From Bacteroidetes bacterium ADurb.Bin008 (lineage in GTDB: Bacteria > Bacteroidota > Bacteroidia > Bacteroidales > Tenuifilaceae), in NCBI GenBank assembly GCA_002071445.1, contig MWFE01000052.1, forward strand, positions 95-64,094: a stretch of 64,000 bases of DNA, given 5' to 3'. The notes under the pieces are model-generated. The model was not told the DNA's origin, ran no database searches, and was given only the letters and a program-made list of their open reading frames with translations. A program made the translations under genes and the position numbers. Each line of letters starts with the position of its first letter. Within the stretch, counting starts at the first letter, position 1. Positions 1-7,738 of this stretch are shown piece after piece.

Positions 1-169
1 TTCCAAAATGGAAGTTTTCATCCGGATTACTTCACAGAAGGGGTGGTTTCCTTGTAAAATGATAAGTGCCATTGATATGCAAAGTTGGGAGGGTTTTAAA
101 AAGGTGTTTAAGTTTTGTTATCGTTATTCATACTCAGTATGTTCAATGGGCTTTAGCCCCATAAATGGA

Positions 170-217
170 GATTCGGTGATTCGGTGATTCGCTGATTCGT
201 TGATTTGTTGATCAGCT
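170..217. repeat. Degenerating 8-bp tandem repeat, six units (gattcggt gattcggt gattcgct gattcgtt gatttgtt gatcagct)
   Basis: Read directly. The first two units are identical and later units accumulate substitutions. The region is non-coding. Confidence 0.9.
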
Positions 218-222
218 GAATG

Positions 223-372
223 TACCACAAAGAGCCAAAAAGAAGCAAAATTCTTAATACTCATGGCGCTAAAAAAACTTCGCGGTACTATAAACTCTAC
301 CACAAAGAGTCACAATCGGGAAGCAAAGCTACGAAGGCTCGGAGCGCTAAAAAAACTTCGCGTAACTTCGCG
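223..372. repeat. Imperfect tandem duplication, period about 75 bp, two units
   Basis: Both units begin taccacaaagag (223 and 298). Both contain gaagcaaa and an identical 19-mer gcgctaaaaaaacttcgcg. Unit 2 ends in a 10-bp tandem taacttcgcg x2. The cacaaagagccac core recurs at 21927-21939. Confidence 0.85.
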
Positions 373-455
373 TAACTCCACGATACTACAATCCATACCG
401 CTTGCACATTGTTATTTACACTATTTGGCTTTGCCGTGCTCGCCAAAATACGGCT

Positions 456-527
456 CGGTTTCCCTTGCCCACGCGCTTTTGCATGTGCGACGGAAAAGGA
501 AGTTTAGCAAAAAAAAGTTTAGCTCCC
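456..527 (+). repeat. Copy 1 of a roughly 72-nt dispersed direct repeat (cggtttcccttgcccacgcgcttttgcatgtgcgacggaaaaggaagtttagcaaaaaaaagtttagctccc)
   Basis: Aligns by eye with 1051-1122 in the same orientation. There are only scattered substitutions and one 2-nt length difference in the A-run. Confidence 0.85.
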
Positions 528-965
528 CCAAAAAAACAATACATGAACAGCATTCGCCCCCGACAGTGTCGTACAATATCCATCGATATGCGAACCATCA
601 GGGTTGGTGTTATTGCATCTTAAATTCACAATCTATAAATTTTGGAATTATGACGGCTTGAATGGTGTGAAATATCATGGCCTGGCACCCCTTAAAATAC
701 TCCTAATATCCCATTTATGAGGGTATCAGGGCTACGCCCCTTTTTCCTGACTTGTCCCCTTTAGTGCGTTAGATACAACTTATCAATTATTTTCAAATAT
801 TCGGAAGGAATCTTGGTTATTATCTTAACCCCTTTAATTTTTTCTGAGAACGTCGTGTCTCATTGTCCATTGGGGCTTTGCCCCAAACCCCATTTACTTT
901 TTTGTCTTGATACAAAAAAGTAAACAAAAAAAATCAAGGTAAACCGATGCTTCACCCCGCTCTGC

Positions 966-1026
966 CCAAACCCTCGGATTCTACCCCAAGCTGGTAAACC
1001 TCTTGGGCAGAATCCTACGGGTTTGG
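966..1026. other. Compound imperfect hairpin of three stacked helices (8+7+6 bp) with an 11-nt loop
   Basis: ccaaaccc (966-973) pairs with gggtttgg (1019-1026). ggattct (976-982) pairs with agaatcc (1009-1015). cccaag (985-990) pairs with cttggg (1002-1007). It sits immediately upstream of repeat copy 2. Confidence 0.8.
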
Positions 1027-1050
1027 CCATTCACGCCACCGCCGGCCCGC

Positions 1051-1122
1051 CGGTTTACCTGGCTCACGCACTTATGCATGTGTGACGAAAAGAAAGTTTA
1101 TCAAAAAGAAAGTTTAGCACCC
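1051..1122 (+). repeat. Copy 2 of the roughly 72-nt dispersed direct repeat
   Basis: cggtttacctggctcacgcacttatgcatgtgtgacgaaaagaaagtttatcaaaaagaaagtttagcaccc aligns with 456-527. Confidence 0.85.
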
Positions 1123-1184
1123 ATCCTATCATTTTTATGGCGTTGCTCCTACCCTGTTCGCTCCATTGTCAGGCAGGAGAAAGG

Positions 1185-2507
1185 TTAATCCATGGTGGCA
1201 GTGAAACGCCTGGTGGTGGAGGGCTTCACCCTGAAACGGTTGTCAATCCTATACCCCACCACCCAAATAATCTGGTTGTCCGATTCCATTACATATATCT
1301 TTTCCTTGCGGTGTAGGGGTATCTTTAAATCAGTAAGCAAATCGCTGATTTTCTTTTTCCCGCTCATTCCCAGCGGTATAAACCAATCGCCTTGTTTCCA
1401 GTTCCTCAGGGTGAGGGGGAACTTCAGGGCGTGGAGGTCAAACACGCCAATGCCCGGCGACCTGGGGAAATCGGTGTTATCCTCAGCATCCTCAATGCTA
1501 AAGGTCAGGTTTATGGGAAAATCAATGCTTTGGGTATCCATGTCAATTTGCAGACACACCTCATCCTGTGGGATTAGAGGGGAAACGACGAGGTATTCCC
1601 TGTCCCTAACCAATCGGTATCCCTTGGAGAGGAACGATTTGCCCGGCTGTGCAAACAGCGATTGTTCGATATCTACTATACGGCCGGGTGAAAAACCCAA
1701 TGCAGTGAGTTCTTCCAACAGAAAGAGCTGTCTTAATGGCTCTTTTGCCAATAACGGGATGGAGTAAAGTATCTCCTCGTCGTGGGTTTTGCGTATCCTG
1801 TCCCTCAGAGAAATCAGTTTGGCCCCTATTTCTTCCCAAGCCTGTCCCATGAAAAGCGATGTTGAGTAGAGGTTGTTCACCACTCCCGGGTTAACCATTT
1901 CCAGCTGTGGGATGACGTTGTGCCTAATGCGATTGCGGGCATACTCCACGGAGGCATTGGTGGAGTCCTCCCTGTGGGCAATGCCATTCTCCTTGGCATA
2001 GGCTTCTATTTCGATTCGGGAGGCAAACAGCAAGGGCCTGATGATAGTGTTCGATTTGGGCGACATGCCTGTCAATCCCTTTAAACCTGTTCCGCGGCAT
2101 AGGTTAATCAGCATGGTCTCGGCAACATCATTCCTGTTGTGGGCAATGGCAACCGATGTAAATCCGTTTTGGACACACAGCTCTTTAAACCAGGCAAACC
2201 GCAATTCGCGTGCTGCAACCTGAATGGAAATCCTATTTCCCCGGGCATAGGCATTGGTGTCAAACCGTTTTACAAATAGCTCCACTCCCATCGTTTGGCA
2301 AATTTGGCTCACAAACTCCTGGTCGCCATCGGATTCATGGCCGCGAAGCGTAAAATTGCAGTGTGCCACGGAAAACCTAACCCCGCTTCCATGAAAAAGG
2401 TTTAGCATAACCATGGAATCGATGCCGCCGCTTACGGCAAGCAAAACCCTGTCGCCGAAATGGACAAGATTATGCTTTTCGATGAAGTTGAGAAACTTAA
2501 CCCTCAT
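1185..2507 (-). CDS. tilS: tRNA(Ile)-lysidine synthetase
   Basis: PP-loop motif LLAVSGGIDSMV. TilS C-terminal domain (GDWFIPLGMSGKKKISDLLTD...IWVVGYRIDNRF). Start moved from the ORF-track Met to MRVKFLNF. Confidence 0.9.
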   Translation of the reverse strand: MRVKFLNFIEKHNLVHFGDRVLLAVSGGIDSMVMLNLFHGSGVRFSVAHCNFTLRGHESDGDQEFVSQICQTMGVELFVKRFDTNAYARGNRISIQVAARELRFAWFKELCVQNGFTSVAIAHNRNDVAETMLINLCRGTGLKGLTGMSPKSNTIIRPLLFASRIEIEAYAKENGIAHREDSTNASVEYARNRIRHNVIPQLEMVNPGVVNNLYSTSLFMGQAWEEIGAKLISLRDRIRKTHDEEILYSIPLLAKEPLRQLFLLEELTALGFSPGRIVDIEQSLFAQPGKSFLSKGYRLVRDREYLVVSPLIPQDEVCLQIDMDTQSIDFPINLTFSIEDAEDNTDFPRSPGIGVFDLHALKFPLTLRNWKQGDWFIPLGMSGKKKISDLLTDLKIPLHRKEKIYVMESDNQIIWVVGYRIDNRFRVKPSTTRRFTATMD

Positions 2508-2586
2508 TATGCAAACTGTTGTGCCATTGCCAATTGCCAAAATCGTTGAAGAGAGTCTATCTGTCAGTTAATCAGACCATTTAGGT

Positions 2587-4911
2587 CTAACCCCTGCCGC
2601 TTTTCCTTTCAACAGTTAGTGTTGCCTTGGCAGCAAGGGTGTGCTTATCGCCAAATACTAAAAGCGGTATGGCAGGGCCCTCCTCGTTAATTACGGCTAT
2701 ATCATCCTTCGAAACAATTACTTTCAAAATATTCTCACGAAAACACACCTTAAAGCTGTATGATTTCCACTGAGTGGGGATTAAGGGATTGAAACAAAGC
2801 ATATTATCCTTCACCCTCATACCTCCAAATCCTTCCACTATGGATATCCAAGTTCCGGCCATGCTGGTAATGTGCAAGCCCTCTCTCACCTCGCGGTTGT
2901 AGTCATCGAGGTCGAGGCGCGCCGTGCGCAGGTACAACTCGTATGCCTTTTCGATATTCCCAATTTTTGCAGCCAGCACGGAGTGAACGCATGGTGACAG
3001 GGATGATTCATGTACAGTACGCGCCTCGTAAAAATCAAAGTTTTTGCGAATGGTTTCCAGGTCGAAGTTATCCTCAAAGAAGTACATTCCCTGCAACACG
3101 TCGGCCTGCTTAATAAAGCATGATCTGAGGATTCTGTCCCAGCTCCACTTTTGGTTCAGGGGGCGGTGTTTGGGGTCGAGGTCCTTCACAAGGATTTGCT
3201 CCTTGTCCATGTACCCCTCCTGCTGCAAAATAATGCCTGTCTTAGTATCCACAGGGAAAAACATGTTTTCCCTTATATCTCTCCATTTAGACACCTCTTG
3301 GGTGCGGTTGAACGAAATTTTGGCCGTCAATGCGTTGTACTTTTCAGCATGGTTCTCCTTCACATACTCGGCCACTTTTTGGGCATACTCTAAGCACCAG
3401 CAGGCTAGGTAGTTGGTGTACCAGTTATTATTGACATTGTTTTCGTACTCGTTGGGTCCGGTAACACCAAGCATCACGTACTTACCCTTCTCATCAGAGA
3501 AGTTTACCCTTTGTGCCCAAAAACGGGCAATGGCAATGAGCACTTCAAGTCCAAAATTAGCCAGGTAGTTTTTGTCGCCGGTATAGCGAACGTAGTTGTA
3601 TATGGCAAAGGCGATGGCCCCGTTGCGGTGTATCTCCTCAAAGGTTATCTCCCACTCGTTGTGACACTCCTCGCCATTCATGGTCACCATGGGGTAAAGG
3701 GCAGCCCCATCGGTAAATCCAAGTTTTTGAGCATTTTCAATGGCTTTCCCAAGGTGCTTATACCGGTAAAGCAGAAGCTGGCGCGCCACACTCTGCCCAT
3801 GGGTAATCATGTAGAAGGGCAGGCAGTATGCCTCTGTATCCCAATAGGTTGAACCTCCGTACTTTTCACCCGTAAACCCTTTTGGGCCAATATTCAGCCT
3901 TTCGTCCTTCCCGGTGTAGGTTTGGCTTAGCTGGAAGATGTTGAATCGTATGGCTTGCTGTGCTGCCAAATCGCCTTCGATGGTTATGTCGCTATGATTC
4001 CATATTTCGTTCCACGCTTCGGAGTGTTCTTTCAACAGTTGCGTGTATCCCTTGGATATGGCCAAATCTAATAGTTGGGTTAAAACCTTGGGGAACATAC
4101 CCTTTTCATGGTTCAGGCTCGAAATAACAGCCGCATATTTGTAGAACTCTACCTCATCTCCGCTTTTAAGGTTAAGAAAAAGTTTACATCCTGCATACAT
4201 ATGCTTGTCAAGCAAATTGCTTTCCGCAACTACTTTTTGACCATTGAGGTATAGCGAGTAACGCATGGCATGCCCAACGTGAAAATCGAGTTTGCGGGTT
4301 TTAGTAACAAGTAGAGATTGGTTAACATCCGCATGGCGTTCAACCTCATCCCAGAACTTCTCACCATAGTTAGAATCCTCGTTTTGTACGTCGCCATCGA
4401 GGTAGGGAGCGATACAGAACTTAACGTCTGCGTTGAGTATCTTCAAATTGTAGCGTATGGCTCCAACTTCAGGATTGGCAATGCTGAGAAACCTTTTAAC
4501 ATTGGCTTCAAGCCTTACACCCGATGAGTTTTCGCAGGTGAATGTACGCTCCAGGAACCCCTCCTTCATATTGAGCACCCTGCGAAACTCCTCTACCTTG
4601 CACTTAGCCAGATCCAGTGGTTCGCCATTAATATCTATGTCAATACCAATCCAGTTTGTGGAGTTTATCACCTTGGCAAAGTACTCAGGATAGCCATTTT
4701 TCCACCAGCCCACGCGCGTTTTATCGGGGTAGTAAACCCCACCGATGTAGCTGCCCTGCAACGTATCGCCACTGAACTGCTCCTCGAAGTTGGCTCTCTG
4801 CCCCATGGCACCGTTGCCAATACTGAATATGCTTTCCGATGCACGTGTATTCGCGGGGTTAAACCCCTCTTCGATAATACACCATTCATCGTGTTTTAGG
4901 TACGGATTCAT
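2587..4911 (-). CDS. GH65 glycoside hydrolase, maltose (or kojibiose/trehalose) phosphorylase
   Basis: 774 aa. N-terminal FSIGNGAMGQRANFEE and a catalytic-region WDTEAYCLPFY signature typical of GH65 phosphorylases. The context is an alpha-glucan locus. Confidence 0.85.
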   Translation of the reverse strand: MNPYLKHDEWCIIEEGFNPANTRASESIFSIGNGAMGQRANFEEQFSGDTLQGSYIGGVYYPDKTRVGWWKNGYPEYFAKVINSTNWIGIDIDINGEPLDLAKCKVEEFRRVLNMKEGFLERTFTCENSSGVRLEANVKRFLSIANPEVGAIRYNLKILNADVKFCIAPYLDGDVQNEDSNYGEKFWDEVERHADVNQSLLVTKTRKLDFHVGHAMRYSLYLNGQKVVAESNLLDKHMYAGCKLFLNLKSGDEVEFYKYAAVISSLNHEKGMFPKVLTQLLDLAISKGYTQLLKEHSEAWNEIWNHSDITIEGDLAAQQAIRFNIFQLSQTYTGKDERLNIGPKGFTGEKYGGSTYWDTEAYCLPFYMITHGQSVARQLLLYRYKHLGKAIENAQKLGFTDGAALYPMVTMNGEECHNEWEITFEEIHRNGAIAFAIYNYVRYTGDKNYLANFGLEVLIAIARFWAQRVNFSDEKGKYVMLGVTGPNEYENNVNNNWYTNYLACWCLEYAQKVAEYVKENHAEKYNALTAKISFNRTQEVSKWRDIRENMFFPVDTKTGIILQQEGYMDKEQILVKDLDPKHRPLNQKWSWDRILRSCFIKQADVLQGMYFFEDNFDLETIRKNFDFYEARTVHESSLSPCVHSVLAAKIGNIEKAYELYLRTARLDLDDYNREVREGLHITSMAGTWISIVEGFGGMRVKDNMLCFNPLIPTQWKSYSFKVCFRENILKVIVSKDDIAVINEEGPAIPLLVFGDKHTLAAKATLTVERKSGRG

Positions 4912-4943
4912 TTTAAGTCAAATTAAGAATTAATACAATTCCC

Positions 4944-6242
4944 TTACGACATTCTCTTTTCGTCCACGAAAAATACAGTTATGGCACTAATTATCATACA
5001 TATCCCTGCTGCTACAATGGCATTGATGGGATTTTTGCCATATACATGGTTGAAAAGCAGAGTGCCAAATACACCATTGGTAATCTGTGGGATTGTAATG
5101 GACATATTGAAGATTCCCATATAGATTCCCATTTGTTTAGGTGGTATTGCACTAGCAAGCATGGCATAGGGCATGGATAATATACTACCCCAGGCAATTC
5201 CTATTCCTATCATGGGAACGATAAGCCATGTGGCATTGCTGAAGAGGGTAATGGATAGAAACGAAAGACCGCCAATGGTAAGGGCAATGGCATGTGTTCC
5301 TCTTTTTCCCACGCGCTTAGCAATCAGAGGTAGAGTCAGTGCGATTACGGCAGATACCCCGTTATACACCCCGAATAGTATTCCAACCCAATCACCCGCC
5401 TCCTGAAAGCTCAAGCTGTTGGGGTCTGTGGTACCGTAAAATTTGGCCGCAATAGCCGGAGTGGTGTAAACCCACATGGAGAAAAGGGCAAACCATGAAA
5501 AGAATTGAACCAGAAGAAGTTGTATCATTCGCTTGGGAATGAAAAACTTTTTGTTTCCCTCCGTTTTTTCTTTCTGTTCATCTTCATACACATGGGGTGG
5601 GTATTCCTTTGTGGAAGCAACAGTCCATACAATGGTAGTTATTAGCACAATGGCTCCAATGTAAAAGGACCAGATAACGTTCGAAGCCACCTCGCCCTCA
5701 TGGGCTGCTACCTTGGAAAATCCGAAAAAGTTGCTGAGGATATATGGTAGCCACGAACCTACCACTGCCCCAATACCGATAAGCATGGTTTGTACTGAGA
5801 ACCCGAGAGTATGCTGCTCTTCGGGCAGCTTGTCGGCCACAAGAGCCCTGAAGGGTTCCATGGAGATGTTAATGGATGCATCCATAATCATCAGCAGACC
5901 TCCGCCAATGAACATGGGAGCAATGAAACCGGCCAAATGGGGTGCGTTGGGCATGGCAATGAGCGCCAAACTGGTGAGTATGGCCCCCCCTAAAAAGAAC
6001 GGGCGCCTTCGGCCCAACCGGGTCCATGTTCTATCGCTGTAGTAGCCCACAATGGGCTGCACTATCATACCGGTGAGCGGGGCTACCAACCAGAACCAGT
6101 TGAGGTGCTCCACATTGGCTCCAAAAGTCTGGAGTATTCTGCTGGCATTGGCGTTTTGCAAAGCAAACCCAAATTGGATGCCCAGGAACCCAAAACTCAT
6201 GTTCCATATCTGCCAAAATGATAAACGGGGACGTTTTGTCAT
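4944..6242 (-). CDS. MFS/GPH-type sugar (maltose/maltodextrin-like) transporter
   Basis: About 12 hydrophobic helices. YSDRTWTRLGRRRPF motif typical of sucrose/maltose:H+ symporters. It lies between the LacI gene and the GH65 gene on the same strand. Confidence 0.8.
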   Translation of the reverse strand: MTKRPRLSFWQIWNMSFGFLGIQFGFALQNANASRILQTFGANVEHLNWFWLVAPLTGMIVQPIVGYYSDRTWTRLGRRRPFFLGGAILTSLALIAMPNAPHLAGFIAPMFIGGGLLMIMDASINISMEPFRALVADKLPEEQHTLGFSVQTMLIGIGAVVGSWLPYILSNFFGFSKVAAHEGEVASNVIWSFYIGAIVLITTIVWTVASTKEYPPHVYEDEQKEKTEGNKKFFIPKRMIQLLLVQFFSWFALFSMWVYTTPAIAAKFYGTTDPNSLSFQEAGDWVGILFGVYNGVSAVIALTLPLIAKRVGKRGTHAIALTIGGLSFLSITLFSNATWLIVPMIGIGIAWGSILSMPYAMLASAIPPKQMGIYMGIFNMSITIPQITNGVFGTLLFNHVYGKNPINAIVAAGICMIISAITVFFVDEKRMS

Positions 6243-6325
6243 CGCTGAATTGATGTTAAATTAACGTAATAAAATACTCATTCCGTGAATGGAATAAGTT
6301 TTAAAAAGGTAGGAAAGTAGCGTGT

Positions 6326-6333
6326 CAAATATA
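6326..6333 (-). promoter_or_regulatory. Candidate Bacteroidota -7 box (TATATTTG on the minus strand) for the MFS-GH65 operon
   Basis: The plus strand reads caaatata, which is TAnnTTTG on the minus strand, about 84 nt upstream of the MFS start. No clean -33 TTTG was seen. Confidence 0.3.
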
Positions 6334-6411
6334 GGGTGATAATTTAGAATATGCAACTAATTGACTGTTAAAATTTACGGGTATTTGGTTTGAACATCCT
6401 CAAAATCCCAT

Positions 6412-6425
6412 TTCAAACGTTTACG
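6412..6425. promoter_or_regulatory. Candidate LacI-family operator (ttcAAACGTTTacg)
   Basis: Perfect 8-bp palindromic core AAACGTTT, as in typical LacI/GalR operators. It shares TTTCAAACGnTT with the site at 7581-7594. Confidence 0.4.
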
Positions 6426-6446
6426 AAAGAAATTCAGAACTTTTGG

Positions 6447-7466
6447 TCAACTTCTTTTTCTGGAGGAATTTCTGACTATCAATTGGGTTTTGAGCACTTC
6501 CTTTTTGTATTCTGGAGGTGCGGCAAGGTTAATACGATCCATTAACATCTTCATGGCCTTCTCTCCCATGGCAAAGCCCGGTTGGGATACTGTAGTCAGC
6601 GTAGGTTCAAGCATTTCGGCAATATGGTCGTTGCCAAAACCTACTACTGAAACATCCCCGGGAATAGAAATATTATTTTCCCTAAGGATTTTAATCACAC
6701 CGGCTGCAGTGAAATCGTTAACGGTAAAAATAGCATCAAATTTAACTCTTTCATCTATCAGCTGTTGTGTACTCTCAATGGCTTTGTGAAATTCATCGCA
6801 TTGAATAATAAGCGATTCGTCTATTACTACCCCATTGTTCCTATGGGCATCAAGGTATCCTGCAAGGCGTTTTTTGCTGATAAGGCGATTGGGAGGACCT
6901 GAAAAATGGATGATCCGCCTTCTCCCTTCAACAATAAGATGCTCTGTGGCCTGATAAGCCCCATTGTAATCATCAATCACCACATAATCGGAATCGAACC
7001 CTTCGATTATCCTATCGAAAAAAACAATGGGAATTCCCTCTTCATCTAACAGTTTAATATGATCGTAGTGATCCGTCTCTTTCGAAACGGAGATAAGCAA
7101 GCCATCAATTATGCTATGCAAAAAGGTTTGGCATACCTCAACCTCTTTAACGTAACTTTCGCTTGATTGGCTTATTATAACGCTATACCCGTACTCGTTG
7201 GCTACCTTTTCGATACCGCTAATGACCGATGAAAAAAAGTAATGCACAATCTGCGGAATCACTACGCCGATAACATTGCTTTTCTTACTACGTAAACTAA
7301 GCGCAATGGGATTGGGTCGGTAGTTCATCTCGACGGCAAGTTTATTAACCTGATCTTTAGTAGATTGGCTAATATCAGGATGATCCTTAAGCGCCCTGGA
7401 AACGGTTGACGGGCTAATACCCAACACTTTTGCAATATCCTTAATGGTAATACCGGGCGATTTCAT
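6447..7466 (-). CDS. LacI family transcriptional regulator
   Basis: N-terminal HTH TIKDIAKVLGISPSTVSRALKD followed by a periplasmic-binding-protein-like sugar-binding core. Confidence 0.9.
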   Translation of the reverse strand: MKSPGITIKDIAKVLGISPSTVSRALKDHPDISQSTKDQVNKLAVEMNYRPNPIALSLRSKKSNVIGVVIPQIVHYFFSSVISGIEKVANEYGYSVIISQSSESYVKEVEVCQTFLHSIIDGLLISVSKETDHYDHIKLLDEEGIPIVFFDRIIEGFDSDYVVIDDYNGAYQATEHLIVEGRRRIIHFSGPPNRLISKKRLAGYLDAHRNNGVVIDESLIIQCDEFHKAIESTQQLIDERVKFDAIFTVNDFTAAGVIKILRENNISIPGDVSVVGFGNDHIAEMLEPTLTTVSQPGFAMGEKAMKMLMDRINLAAPPEYKKEVLKTQLIVRNSSRKRS

Positions 7467-7580
7467 GGTTAAGAGATCTCAATTATCGAATCCAAAGTTA
7501 GCAATTAGATTCTGTTGGAACAAAGAATATTCCTATTAAACCTACCAAGATGATGAAAATTTCGGTATTGGGCATCCTTT

Positions 7581-7606
7581 TTCAAACGATTGCACATTCG
7601 TTTGCA
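7581..7606. promoter_or_regulatory. Candidate LacI-family operator(s) in the lacI/susC divergent region
   Basis: ttcaaacgattgca is 10/14 self-complementary. It overlaps the inverted repeat caaacga-N8-tcgtttg. Confidence 0.4.
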
Positions 7607-7673
7607 TAGATTAATTCCCTTTTTTTGACGATATTACAGAGTTATTCCCCTATTTTTATGTAACTTGTGGCAA

Positions 7674-7699
7674 GTTTTTAAAAAGGTAAAAGGGTAGCT
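7674..7699 (+). promoter_or_regulatory. Conserved roughly 25-nt motif gtttttaaaaaggtaaaagggtagc upstream of susC
   Basis: A near-copy gttttaaaaaggtaggaaagtagc lies at 6298-6321, upstream of the MFS operon. The 13-nt core gttttaaaaaggt also occurs at 93-105. Confidence 0.35.
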
Positions 7700-7738
7700 A
7701 AAACAACACAATTTTAATTAACTAAAACCTAACTACAA

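Noticed and set aside
1-72. Possible 5' end of a minus-strand gene running off the left edge (MALIILQGNHPFCEVIRMKTSILE...)
   Set aside because: Only 24 codons are visible and no motif is recognisable. It cannot be supported from this window alone.
170-217. The tandem 8-mers as a CRISPR array or as plasmid/origin iterons
   Set aside because: There are no spacers (the units are contiguous), the units are far too short for CRISPR repeats, and no cas genes are present. The 8-bp period is out of helical phase for iterons, and no rep gene or DnaA boxes were seen.
263-1188. ORF-track peptides in the left intergenic stretch (263-661, 402-623, 416-598, 1003-1188)
   Set aside because: The translations are low-complexity (K/R/L-rich) and are read straight through the tandem and dispersed repeats. 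They overlap one another in different frames and carry no recognisable motif. I treat the region as non-coding.
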